Assembly (NCBI RefSeq): GCF_009914755.1
Contig: NC_060930.1
DNA from: the human T2T-CHM13v2.0 reference genome, Homo sapiens
Length of the DNA: 64,000 nucleotides
Direction: 5' to 3' (one strand)
Shown: in pieces, positions 30,278-43,779 of the stretch
Layout of the letters: each line of letters opens with the position of its first letter
Position numbering within the stretch: the first letter of the stretch is position 1
Notes under the pieces: model-generated
Told to the model about the DNA's origin: nothing
The model's database searches: none
Seen by the model: only the letters and a program-made list of their open reading frames with translations
Program-made: the position numbers and the translations under genes

Positions 30278-30739
30278 GGAGAGGGGAGAATGAGCGTGGA
30301 GCCCCTCATCCCTCTCCACTGGGTTAGGAAGTCAGAAGGGAGACCCCGCGACGCCTTGCTGTGGAAGCTGGGATGCCTCCGAATGACCTTTGGGGTCCAC
30401 CCGTCATTATCAGACAGGGGTGAGAGACAGCGCGGAATATCAACACCACAAAGTAAACTGTAGTGTATAGTTCCTGAGAACAGTGACTATAACTTAATCA
30501 CCTTTCTATCACTATCCTTTAATAAAATGCCAGATAGATTATGTTTCTCTTCTGTCACCAATATCACTCAACCCAAGAAAGCCAAGACTACAAATTACAA
30601 GACATCTGCAGTTCCCATTCTTTTTATGAGATGAAAGACTCTAGGAAATATAAAACTTTGGGTGTTATTCTTTAGGATTTCCATTTTCACTCCCAAATGA
30701 ATATTAGTTTCAACTGGGAAACTTTGAAAACTGTACTGC

Positions 30740-31647
30740 TGATAGCTATAGAAGGGAGGGAACTTCTAGGCAGACAGGGGTGGGTCCCTGGCAAAACACC
30801 TTTGAGCCAAAAGGCCTGAAACCTACAGCCCAAAGTGAGAACTTCCATCTCTGTGTGCCTGCTCTCTCCCGATTGGTTCTTTCTGAATAATGTCTTTTAA
30901 CCAGTGGAATGCTGCCTTTTCCAAAACTACCTACGGCCGCCCCTATCCTGTACCTATAAAGACCCCAGACTCAGCTGGCAGACAGTAGAAGTGGCCAGAC
31001 ATCAGGGAGAAGCAGCTGGATATCTGGGAGAAGCAACTTTCACTTCAGAGATGGTGTCTGGACTAGGCAACTTGACCTCGAAAGAGAGATGCTTGAGAGG
31101 CGGCTTGACTTTAGGGGAGAGGGACCTTCCGTTCCTGTCCCCTTTCCAGCTCCCTCTGCTAAGAGCTGCTTTCATCACTCAATACAATTCTCCACATTCA
31201 CCATCCTTCAATTCATCTGCATGACCTCATTCCTCTTGGGCACCAAACAAGAATTTGGGATGCACTGGGTGCGGGTACCCAAAAAGGCTGTCACACTGGC
31301 CCTTTGCCCTCACTGGTGAAAGGCAGCTTCCCCACGTGACGAGGCAAAGGGCTTGCCGAGCTGATAACACACTGCTGTCTGCAGGTGGAAGAGCTAAGCG
31401 AGCATTGTAACATGCCCTCTGGAGCTTTGGGGTCACAGGCACCCCTAACCTGGACACTGCTGCGAGGCCCTCCCAGACTTCGCTCCTGCAGGTGCCAAAG
31501 CAACTGGTTCCTACACCAGGTTGCTCTGGTGCCTGCACTCGTTTGCTCACACGCTCCCTCCCACAAGGAGTTGACTGGGATGGGCTGAGTAAATGAGGCA
31601 CCCATGTTGCAAGTCCTACAAAGGGGTCAAGAAAATATCTGGCATCA
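30740..31647 (+). mobile_element. ERV1 solo LTR (LTR27/LTR28-like)
   Basis: TG...CA termini (tgatagc...ggcatca); ATTGG box and cctataaa TATA-like box; 4-bp flanks ctgc / ctac. Family assigned from memory. Confidence 0.8.
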
Positions 31648-32234
31648 CTACTGGTCAGAGTCCACCAAAGTAAATAAAACACCAAATTTGAACTCCAGCC
31701 CCAAGAATAATTACCAGTTCTGGGCCAAGCTCATAGACACTAAACTGCTTCACCATAAGAGACCATACATGTGTGGACATATTTGTCTCTGAGAGCTAAT
31801 TGACACCAGGTTGTAAATTAATGAAATCTCTAGCCAAATGAGATGAAATTAAGTTAAATGTAATGATGCTGCTTGCTACTTGCCAATATATCCTAGGGGA
31901 AGTAAGAGAAGATAAAAGTAAAACATTACCCCAAGGCTTAAGTTTAAAGCCCACAAGTGCCTCACAATATCTCCACAAGAAAGTCCAGAAGTTCACAAAC
32001 ACGTTACAAATTTTATACTGTCTAAATCTAGTATACATCTCATTTACGTTTTTCTAATTGCTCAAAATTTCCACTTTCCAAGGTTGTTTATCCTCAAGAA
32101 GATTTTCTTCCATAGTGCTCTGCTTATCTTGGTATCATGATCCAAGTTATTCTCATTTCCCAAACCCAAATAGTGTATTGATTTCATGAAATAATTAAAT
32201 TATTCCTGAATCTGTAATTGGATTGACTTTTTAA

Positions 32235-32346
32235 TATGTCTGTAAACTTCATAAGAGCAGAGAACTTGTCTTGTATACCCATTATTATAACTGGATTATG
32301 TAGAAGCATTTCTTGCTCTTAATAAGCCAGGTTTGAATGAATGAAG
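32235..32346 (+). mobile_element. L2 3' end
   Basis: tgtaaacttcataagagcagagaacttgtctt...gtttgaatgaatgaa. Confidence 0.6.
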
Positions 32347-32439
32347 TCATGTTCAACAACAAAGAAGTTTTGTAGATGTGTAAATATTTGAAAAACAGGA
32401 TAGTAATTATGTTACCTATAGCAAGCACACCAGAACACA

Positions 32440-32660
32440 ACAATCTAGGTAAATCTTGTTCCCTTTCAGTACTGCCTTTTTCTATTTGTAAGACCTTGGA
32501 AAATAATTTTGTCTCTCAGTGAATCAAATGTCATTTTCTATATAGAATAGAATAATAGCTATCAGGTAAGGTTATTGTGAGAATTAAATATGTTAATGGC
32601 TGTAAAACACAAGTAATTGTTCTAGCACATAACACTCAATAAATGTTTGCTCTTATTATT
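32440..32660 (+). mobile_element. MIR SINE
   Basis: gaccttgga...aaggttattgtgagaattaaat...ctcaataaatgtttgctcttattatt. Confidence 0.75.
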
Positions 32661-34666
32661 GAGTAGAGTGATTGTTTTCTTAGGCATCTATGTCAGTTTC
32701 AGTAACAATTATCTGCTTTTAATTATAAAATTCTAAATATTAATTATAATCTTCTATCTGATGAAGACAACTGCTAATCTAAGATCACAAAGTATTCTCC
32801 ACATTCAAAATTAAACCATGGTTTATAATTTAATTCAGACCTGTATAAAAATATATGAATTAGAATGTCAGGACGAGAAGAAGTTTATTCTGTTTTAGCA
32901 TAGGCTCCTTTTCAACTAAATAGGCCCTAGTTTTCTGGCTAGAAATCAGGCAGTAACTTTGCAGAAATTCTGTCCAATCCCCTACTTTAATTAATTTCCC
33001 AAAATGTGAATAGGAGGAAGAAATACAAATTTAAAAAAATTGGAAATATTTTAAAATATTGAGTGGAAAGATTGTAAGCTATCCCTATATTTTTACAAGA
33101 ATCTTGAATTAAAATATCTGTTAATATTGTCAGAAAATATGTCAAGTGTTCTGGTTTAATATCAATAAAATCTGCATAAACAATGGTTTCAAATTTTTCC
33201 ATATATAATTCACTATAGAATATGCCTTTGAAGAATGTTAAGGGTTGTTTCTAGCTAGAAAGAACAATTGGTTTACATGTCCTGAAATAAATATTCATTT
33301 CACCCTTCCAGCCACGTTGCCATTTTTGTCTTTGCTCCTTGATGATTAGACAGGTTTAAGGAAAACAAACATTTTTTGTTTGTCTTCAAAAGGACTTTAT
33401 AGTTCCTATGGTGTAGATATACTGCATGTAGTAATTTAAAATAAGATAGAGTAATTTATTAACTGCCATTAAGCAAAATAAAATTTGCACATGGGCTCTT
33501 CCACATTTACACTGGAATAAGAACTAGAAGTTTCTTGCATTTCATTTACACAATTCTTAACTAGAGTTTGAAAACCTTTCCATAGTCAAAGTAGTTTCAA
33601 AGGATGATTACAGAGACGAAACTGTCACCGAATTCTGCTTTCCTCAGCAATTCAAAATAAAAGTTCAGAAAGCATTTTGTCCTGCTCAACCTATCATTTA
33701 ATATGAAATTTAAAGCTGTCACTGATGTCACATTATTAGGGTAGAAAGCTTGATATCATGTTGACACTAAATTCCATTTAAAAGCTTCCAAAAATATTCT
33801 GGGTGTCTTGTTCTGACTTTTACAACCTTTGATAATATCATCTTGAGTAGATCACTCAAGAGCAGAAATCAGTGATTTTTGTAAGCTTCATAATGGTAGA
33901 GAATCCCACATGGAGATATTTGCAATATACTGCTTTGTACTAGAAAATGCACAAGGTGAATGTAATGAGATGAGTTGGGAATATTGCAATGCTTTAAGTG
34001 AGAAATGATGAGTCTGGGCTTAAGTTGAAAAAAAGGGCAGCGATTAGAGGAATAAATATTTGTAGAGTGAATTGGACCGGGTGACCTATTTGTGGTTGGG
34101 AATGGGAAGGAGAAGCGGACGGTAGTCGTAAAATCTTTTATTGTTAGACTGGGTAGACGGACATGCTACTAATGGTCATACACTCAGGTTGGGGGTGAGG
34201 ATTTTGAGGCTTTATGATAACCTCTGTCCTCCCCACATGAAAAAACAGTTCTAGAATTACTGCATCAATGCAAGAAGGTCTGGGACATTTGCCATAAGCC
34301 AGCTCCGATCCCATGCATTATGAGCAAATGTGGTTTCTCTCAACCTCAGATATCTTCAACTTTTATTTTTCTGGCCCTTGGGCATATAATTTGAACCAAT
34401 CTTTCCTTTAATTAGAATGCAGATTCCAGTAACTCTATTTACAAATTTGGCTTAAGCCTAGGAAAAAGTACGACCCAGTCTACCTTACTGATGTATTTCA
34501 GGGTAGTTTTGACACTCAGGCCTCTATTTTACTATAAGTAAAAACAAAACTAGCAAAGCATCACCTATCATAAGTGGAAATTCAAAGAGCACTACATATG
34601 ATGGAGACATATTTTCAACATCCAATGTCATTATCTGAGAGGTAGTAAGTTGGAGATAAATTAGAA

Positions 34667-34970
34667 CAGATTTTCTAAACTATCTGTGGTAAAGGATCAG
34701 ATATTTATTTTTAAAAATACCTAATGTGGTGTAAACTGATACTTATGCAAAATGCAAGAAAAGTGAATCCGTTGAAAAATTAGATGAAAAAGCACAAATA
34801 CAAACCATCCAATTTTGTATTAATATAAAGTTTAATCTGTATAAAATTACTCTGTCAAATTGCTATAAAAAAGTTTCTAAATATTACTGTGGATCCTGCC
34901 TTTGTATTAAAAAGTGTCAAAGAGCTCACACACCTATTCTGGTCTGCCAAACGCAGTTTGGGTAGCATTA
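34667..34970. mobile_element. hAT-Charlie MITE (Charlie18a-like)
   Basis: cagattttctaaactatctgtggtaaaggatcag ... ataaaattactctgtcaaattgctataaaa ... tttgggtagcatta. Confidence 0.75.
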
Positions 34971-36359
34971 GATTCAGAACCTGAATCCAAAAGAAAACAT
35001 TTAGATCAGCACTAATGAGGCTAGAAGGAGATTATAATTAGGAAAAGCAAATGCAATGAGAAACAGCCCTGAATCACAGCTGAGATCAGAAAAGAAAACT
35101 GTAAAGTCATTTTATCATTTTTTAAAAGAGAACTTTTTACTAGCTAAACCTGAAAATGCAGGGGAAAGCAAGTTGATATAGCTGGAGTTGAAATTTTGTC
35201 TATTTTTAACAAGGTGGAAAGAACGGTATGTTGGAGCATAAGTGTTGGAGAGGATGAAAGACAAGAGTGGGATTTTTGAATGTAAGATTAGAAGTTTCAA
35301 TTTCCTGTCTTACTTTTAGATCTTTATTACAGTAATTTTTAGAATAAGTCTATCTGGAGTCTTCTAAACTAGCAATTTTTATTTGTTACATAAACTATTA
35401 ACTGCTACTTTTTTCAGATTATATTTTTTTTTCAATTTCTGCCAGAAGTATCTTCTCAGTCCTCCACTCCTAGAGTAGACCATTTCTCAGATGCAAATAT
35501 TTACAATAGTAATGACACAGAGTGGCAGAGTATTTTTATTCCTAGATGTCACTTCATGGAGGAAAGATGACCTGATATAAGATTACTGATTGACACTCAT
35601 TAATCCAGTATTAAAACCGTGAGAGCTGAGAATTTTTCACATTCCTATCTCCATTTGGGGAAAACTGTCTTCAGTATTTTTTTGAAATGACAAGAAAAAT
35701 TTAATATTGAATTGCAAGGAATTTGAATTCTTGACAGATGTAATGATTTGACAGCACCTAATTCAAATGGAGTTGCACAGATCTCTAGGAACAACGGAAT
35801 AAAGAAACTTAAATGATCCCAATGATGGAGGAAGAGCCAAAAATAGAATAAATGACATTTGTTTGACTTGTCAACCTGTGAAGCCTACCTCATGATCACT
35901 GAGGAGCCTCTAACAGAAGTTTCTCTTCTCAAACCATCGTCACAGATAGATAGGGACTCCTAGAGAGAAAACATAAACTTACACATGTGACAACTCAAGG
36001 GGCAGTGCATATAATGGAGCTATTTTAAATTAACAATTCCACAACTTTCACGGGAAACTCTGTAGAGAAAATAACCAATTTAGTTTTGTGGAAAAATGAA
36101 AGAGAAAATTCAAAAAACTTGACAGCATATTTAACCCTAAAGTTTTGGTGTGGGCTTTTTAAATGTAATCACTTACATATAACTACTTATACTCATAGTG
36201 AAAAGAATGTATATGTATGAAAAAATGTAATTTTCTAGACTTAGATATAAGAACAAAGTGCTATTGTTAAGTCTTTTACTTGAAGAGAGTAATTGTCCAG
36301 AACACTATGTACATTAAGGTAAAGATAGAAAGAGTACTAATTGAGTAATAATAACAATA

Positions 36360-36560
36360 ATAATAGTAATAAATGTTTGTGGCATATTTACCAGGTGAAG
36401 GGCACTGTACTGAAAGTTTTATGTGTGTTATCGGGTAAATAATATTATCTTTGTTTTTGTGCAGACATGAAAATGAAGGCAAAGATCAGAGAATTTGAAT
36501 GACCTGCAGAATGTCACCTTGATGAGTTACATGTCAGAGATTTGAGTATGATCAGTGTGG
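36360..36560 (-). mobile_element. MIR SINE
   Basis: ggcactgtactgaaagttttatgtgtgttatc...cagacatgaaaatgaaggc...tgacctgcagaatgtcac. Confidence 0.6.
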
Positions 36561-37421
36561 TGTCATTTTATTTAGTTCTTTGTTCAGCCTCAAATGCCTT
36601 AGCAGTGATTAGTCAACACTTTCATATGAGTTGTAGCATGCCACCATTTTAGTAAAAGGAGTGTTGGACAGAGATAAAGGAGACAAAATGTGGTTCTGAC
36701 TCTTGAATTAGGCGGTTATGTTATCCTGAGTAACCCATTGTCTCTGTAAAGCTCTCATATCCTACGTGTTACAAGAAATTACTGAAATAGCTTTTTAAAA
36801 AAATTTTCCATTCTGTTTAATGTATACATAAATGAGCTACTATAATTATTGCATGTTTATTTTATGTACTACCCCCTCATCTTAAACCAACTAATTCGTG
36901 TTTATGAGCTATGGATTCAATAGATAAAATGAAAGGATGCAGACTGTTTAATGAAATACAGCACATCATTACCAGCTACCACTAGAAAATGACTCATAAT
37001 TCATGTCCATGAAAGGGTGCTTTAGTAGCATTTTCATAAACAAATGGAAAATTGTTGAGTATTTGTTAGATATTCTAAAGAGTATGCTTTATCTGAATGT
37101 GAGTCTCAGAATTATCTAAGCCATTACTTGAGACTGTTACGTGAAAATATCAACAATTTCATTACATTCTGAAAAATTGGTTCTTAAGTGCTTTGAAGCA
37201 AAAATGATAACAGTCTGGAAGTTTGAAAGTATGAGTCTTTATTTCAGAAATAATGGAACATGAAAATAAACAGTACTCAATCTACCATAGAAATTATTGT
37301 ATACTTTTTGGGAAGCTTGAGGGACAAGGGAAAAGAAGGAATATATATTATTTTAACAAGTATTATCCCAGGAGTTGGGGAAATAGGTATTAGAGTAGTT
37401 CCATGAAAATTTTGTTCTGAT

Positions 37422-37807
37422 AAATTCCATTATCATGAGTTGTATATTTTTACATTCCTGATACCATGATTTTGAGAAGATGCAGTTTGTTGTAGTTGTT
37501 TTAAGGCAATTGGAGACGAACATAGTTGCAAGTATGGATTCAAAAACCACACACACACACACACACTCACACACACACACATTCATGCACATTTGTTTTC
37601 CATTTTATTAAAGAAAGTATACTTTTAAGAACAAGAACATAGAAAAAATGTAATTTCAAATTGATGCATGTATCTCTCAGTATAAAAATCTGCTGGATTC
37701 CCAAGTTGAAACAGCAAGTTCAGATAGCCAGAGAGAGTGTTTCCTTGAAATGATTCCATCACAATTTATCGACATGTTTTCAGCTCCAGAGATTGGATAG
37801 TGAGTGT
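37422..37807 (+). repeat. Source copy of ~385-bp segment duplicated at 38532-38930
   Basis: Aligned by eye at about 90% identity, including the (CA)n tract. Confidence 0.95.
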
Positions 37808-38519
37808 TTAGGTAGTAAAAGACATCTGGCATTTGGCTTTATGGAAAAGTTTGTACAGTGATTTTATTTTTCTTATTTTTACAAGAGTCCAATGAAACAT
37901 TATCACAATTAGCAAGCAGCTTATGATGGTTGAACTAGCAGACTGCAAGAAAAATATGTTTGATAAATTGCTGATGTAGATAAATCAATGGATTTTAAAA
38001 AGTAGGCTTACAATAAAACAAAATAAAATAAGACATGTAATTTTAGAAATTGAAGAAATATAAATATTTTAAAAGGTAAATTAATTGTTCATAATTTAAC
38101 AGAGCTCTGATTCTATGTTCAGCCCTTTTTAAAAATGTACCAGAGAGTCTTACTCTTTTAGGCCCATTACATTTATTCTTGTACATTAAAATATATAAGT
38201 ATAATCTGGAAAAATCCTGATTTTTAAATGATGGAAGATTTTCCTTCCTGTAAAATATAATTTTTACAAAACAGTGCACAAAATTTTCTGAGTAAATTAA
38301 AGCTCTCTTGATGCAGTCTGTACATTACCCACAGCTTGTTCTATCCAGTTGAGAAAAAGACAATTAAGAATATTAATAAATCATATTGAAATGTTGATGA
38401 ATTAAGAATGCAAATTGAAATTGGATTTAAACAATGTCTTCAGTAGTATAAGACAGAAATAACATGAATTAATCTTCTTTAATAATAGTATCCATCTTGT
38501 AATATTTCACTTTCTTATG

Positions 38520-38657
38520 TTAGGTTGGTGCAAACTTCCCTTATCATGAGTTGTATATTTTTACACTCCTAATATCATGATTTTGAGAAGATGCAGTTTG
38601 GTGTAGTTGTTTTAAAGCAATTGGAGACCAACATATTTGTAAGAATGGATTCAAAAA

Positions 38658-38694
<37 letters not shown>

Positions 38695-39171
38695 CACACA
38701 TTCATGCACATTTATGTTCTAAACATTTTATTAAAGAAAGTATACTTTTAAGAACAAGAACACAGAAAGAATGTAATTTCAAATTGATGTATGTATCTCT
38801 CAGTATACAAATCTGCTGGATACCCAAGTTAGAACAGCAAGGTCAGATAGCCAGAGAGAGTGTTTCCTTGAAATAATTTCATTACAATTTATCTACATGT
38901 CTTCAATTCTAGAGATTGGATAGTGTGTGTCTATCCAAACTCTGGAGCTGAAAGCATGTTGATAAATGTTGATTGTTCATTTCATATTATTTGATATTTT
39001 GCCAATTTAATATCTCATTTCATTTTTATTTTAACTCCTTAATGATACATCCCCCACATGTCACAAATTATTGTGTTTCTTTAATTTGCCATTTATAGAT
39101 TTTATACATTAAAATGCCATTTGACATTAAAAGTAATGGCAAAAACCATGGTTACTTTTCAACCAACCTAA
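38520..39171. mobile_element. MADE1 (Hsmar1-derived MITE) split by ~585 bp of flank-derived filler
   Basis: Left ttaggttggtgcaaa (38520-38534). Right tttgacattaaaagtaatggcaaaaaccatggttacttttcaaccaacctaa (39120-39171), followed by TA. Left flank is TG. Confidence 0.88.
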
Positions 39172-39358
39172 TAGTATTGGAGAAAAAAAATAAACACTTG
39201 GATTTAATTACACTGTCAATACTGCATACAGTTTCTCATAGAATGTTCTGAGAAGAAACTGAATAAGCAGTCACAAATAGAAAAGAAATAAAATTAATGT
39301 TGAAAGTTTAGAGAAACTAAGACATGTATATAAGCTTTCTAAATAGAAGAAAAAAGTG

Positions 39359-39505
39359 AAATTTTGTTTGTTTATTCAATATTATTTGACATTTTGCCAA
39401 TTTAATAATATCTCATTTCACTTATATTTAAATACCTTAGTGATACATCCTCCATGTCATAAATTATTGTATTTCTTTAATTTGCCAGTTACAGATTTTA
39501 TATAT
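39359..39505 (+). repeat. Source copy of ~145-bp segment duplicated at 38964-39109
   Basis: atattatttga.attttgccaatttaat...tgatacatcc...aaattattgt.tttctttaatttgcca is present in both places. Confidence 0.93.
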
Positions 39506-42500
39506 ACCTAAAAAATATCATGATCAATGTCTGAGATTAACACACATTATTTGTTTGAAAAATCAATAAGTAAAATATAAAGCCAAAGAACATGAGATAA
39601 GAAGTGTTTTATTAAGTTTTTTTTTACAAAGCCTGGAGATTTAATTCTGAAAGAAAATGAATACTGCAGTCTTGAAATCACGTGATTTTATAGGTTGATG
39701 TAGATGTCCCATTTAATGAAAAATGTTGTCCTTCAAGTGATTCCACTTATACTTCTGACTAGATTAAATTTCCCCCCTAGAAACCTAATGAAGATAATGT
39801 ATCTTTTTGCTTTCTTAATTCTTTCCTAACAAAACTTTTGTGAGGGGGAAGGAAATGAAGAGATAATCTTTTGACAACATACTAAAATGAAAGCATTATA
39901 AGATGGACAGGAAACATGAGTAAATTTATTGGTTAATTAAGTCTTTAGTTTCTCTTAATTGGCACAACCTAAAATTACTTATTGATAGCAAATGGTTCTA
40001 TGTTCTAAATAAATTTTATTTTTGGACACTGTGGAACAGTTAATAAATGTATCAAATATTCTACCTCGTGTTATTTTTGCTAGTTTACACAAAAACACAA
40101 TTATTTTGTTTGATTCTGTTTTTCATAAATATTTATGTATAATATCATTTTCCTTGTAAACAGGATTTTTCCTGCCCAAAGGGAGGAAAAACAATTTGTG
40201 TGTTAATTTTATCTCACTGGTTTTGTTCAGCTTCAGTAGTTGTGTATATAAAGGAAGAGATTAGATAAAGGGGAATACAAGCAACCCCTGTTGTGAACGT
40301 AAAGAATTTTAATTAGCCATGATGATAATTTTGAAGCATTTCAGGTATATTCCACCCCTCTGCTCATAGAACAGACCAGCTGCTAAATGGTTCCTGTCAG
40401 TAGTCCTTCAAAACTTATTTTGTTTAGATTTTGCTGCCCCCTACAGAATAACCAAAGGCATTCCTGAGTTTGCCATGTACCTTCAACTTCAAGATGAGAG
40501 CATTTCATGTCTTCTTGAGATTCTGGTAGAAATAACCCTCACATGGTAGTTTTTATTACTAAATTTGGCATATTTTGTATTACTTGTGACACAGCTGAAC
40601 CTCCCTCAAAATTAAAATAAAGAAATAAAAAGCATTCTTTCCAATAATTCCTCCCTTCTCTACACGAAAAGAAAAAGTAAAAATTTTTAAAGAGAAAAAC
40701 TAGTAATGTTTAAAATTTTCAAATAGTAACCTCATTGTAAAACTATAGAGCGTTTTGCCTTTTTTCCCATTTCATGAAAGACAATTTTATTGTTCTAAGT
40801 GCTTAACAGGCATAAATAGGCCATGGAACTGACAGGGGGAAAAAATCCTTCAATAAGATAGATAGATTATCTGGTTTACCTTCAAAAGTTCTAATCTATG
40901 TAAAAAAAAAAATGCATTCACTACTAATAAATATAAAATGGTTCTTTCTTTGAAAATCACATTATTGATTTATCAAACATCTTTTTTCTGGGTCTTCAAA
41001 TAAAAAAATGTGTATTTGTTTTTAAATAAACTCCTTGCTCATAGTAGAAAAATATAGGTTAAGTGCAAAAATTTAGGTAAACCTGAAAGTGGCAATTCAG
41101 TGTGTTCTATTTCCCCAATAAATTGTTTCCTAAAAATGTGCAACACATGTAATTACTTTCACTTATTTTTTGTATTTTTATCAGCTGTTTCTCTTTGCTA
41201 GAATGGTGCTTATGAAGAAATAAGATACATCAATCATAAAAGGCGTTACTATTTCTAAATAAAAAATCGTCATCACCACTAAATAGTGACTAGTAATGGT
41301 GAGGCATTAACCCAACAGTCTTCTTTCAGGTCAAGCATGATCTTTAGCTAAGAGAATTTCATTCATTGCTACAGAGAACATTTTTAAATTTTTTAATGAA
41401 AATGAATGGTATATTTTAGTTGTAAACATTTATTATTTTCCTGTTTAAAAAAGTAATATTTAGAAAAAACAAAGTTTTCATGAAGATAGCTGAAATAATT
41501 TCCATTGCTAATTACATAAGGTAGCATACTCTATTTAAATATAAAGTCAGACTAATATGTGAAAGTGGCAAAAAAGTATAAGTATTAAAACAATCTGGAA
41601 CTTAATATGAGCAATTTGACTCAACATTTTTTAATCTCCCATCTAATAAATAAAATTGTTTATTTAAAGATAAATACATCCAATGTTCACCTAAATGGCA
41701 CTTTTGATCTCCAATATACATCAAAATTTTGAATGTTTATACCCTTACAAAACATCCTTTTAACTCCTAATATAGGGTTATCAGTGCTAAAAGCCTGTGA
41801 AGCAAATTACCACTATCTTAATTTTAAATGACATATCTTTAAAAAAAATTAAGAAACAGCATAGGAAATAAAGACTACCTAAGCTACACTAAAAAGGAAC
41901 ACATGATTTTTAAACTGAAATATTTTAGTTCTACATTCTTTGCATTTCCAAATATGTTTTATAATCAGCTTATCAATTTCTGCAACAAAAACAGAAAATA
42001 TGTCTTGGTAAAATTTTACATGATTGACATTATATGGTTTTGCCCTTCATAAAAGCATGAGTTTTATTTTCTTTATAAAATTACATATTTTTTCCCAAGA
42101 AAAATATTGTATAACAAAGCTATAAATTTGAGAAAATATATTCAATAATCAGATATTGTTTTTTATTTAATTGTAATCTCAGTATATATTATTAAGTGAA
42201 ATTAATTGTAATTCTTTAAAAATCAAATAGGAATCTTTTATCTAAATGAAAACAGATATTGTCTGAAAGTATATATTTAAAATACATTCATAATTTCAGT
42301 CAGGAATAATGAAATAAAATTGCAACACTGGAAATTGATTATTAACTACTTAGGTTCCTTCTTGGAAATTTCCGTAGTATATAAAATTCCGAGGTCTTTA
42401 TTCAGGACTTAGTATTAAACTTCCTGCAAGGGAACTATTTTATTTAGGTCTTGATGCTTCTGATATTCCTTATCACTGGATTCTGGTATGTATTCTGTCT

Positions 42501-43779
42501 TTTCATTAACAACCTTTATTTTTAAAGAACATATTCTTGAATAATAAACATCATAGAAGTGCATGGAATTTTAGAGAATAATAACATATGTAAAAGAAAA
42601 AACAATAGCAAGTATAAAATGAAACTATATTGGTGAATGAGACAGAATGATTACGAAATACAAATTGGGTAAACTTAATGCTAAACAAATAATAAATAGT
42701 AATAAAGAAATAAAGTTTCTTAGTGCCATAGGCTGAGTAGAATGAGAATGAGAACAGTGATTAGCTAGGTGATTCACTGTGATAATTGAGATCTATTTAT
42801 CCAGAATATTTTAAAAAGGATATTAGATAGAAGAGTATGACCCTAAAGTGACTTTGTCATAAAAAAGCATTTAAGTACTAAGTTTAGCTTGCTGTATTAT
42901 AATATTAATCTTAGTGCTTGGTTTCAACATTTAAAAATATATTATTATTTAAAAGGGTAAATGAACTATCATGCAGAATGGACTTAATTTGTTCATTTGT
43001 TCTATGTTTCAATGCCATTCTGAAACATTTTTAATTAAGAACATGAAATGACTCATTAACATTCAGCTCTAAAAATAAGTGACTGATTACAATATGTTGA
43101 AAAAAGCAAGTTACTTCATGCATTGCCATCAAATATTTCTCAAAATGGACTCAAGGAATTCTGTTTCAAAACACTTGGGGAGGTAAAAGCTTCACATTAA
43201 AAAAAAAAGGACTCTAAGCAGTGCCATAGGTAGGGGGTCACAGATATACACAAAAGATAAAACTATGCATTCCTCTCAATCTATTCATTTAATGGTTATA
43301 AGGAGCCTGATTTCACCCCTGTAGCAAAAACTCTAGTTTTTATGTACTCAATACATGCAAAGTATTAAATAACTTTTATTTATTCATATAATAAATCATG
43401 AGTGAAGCTATTAATTCAATTCTCATTTTATAACTAAAGCAACAAATATATAGGAACTATTAATAGACTCTCAGAATTACACAGGAAGTTAACATCAGAT
43501 CCAGATAGATAATAAAAATACTATGTACCTATTCATGCTTTAGCTATATGAAAAAAATAATAGTTCATGAACTCTAAAAATTACGATTTCAATCTACTTG
43601 TTTTGGACATTTTTAATGGTGTCAGCCATGTTCCTGTTCCCCTAATAACACTCTGATATCCTTATCGTGGGAATATTAATTGTTAGAAGCTTTTCAGAAA
43701 TAAATAAAGCAGATTACATAGAAATACGTATGCTAAATGATACATTTCTTACAGAAAACTATTGTAAGCATGAGGCAAT

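Noticed and set aside
30276-30292. AAGGAG upstream of an ATG resembling a Shine-Dalgarno site (bacterial insert)
   Set aside because: It is a purine-rich run in a primate context, and the short ORF has no recognisable homology. Chance is sufficient.
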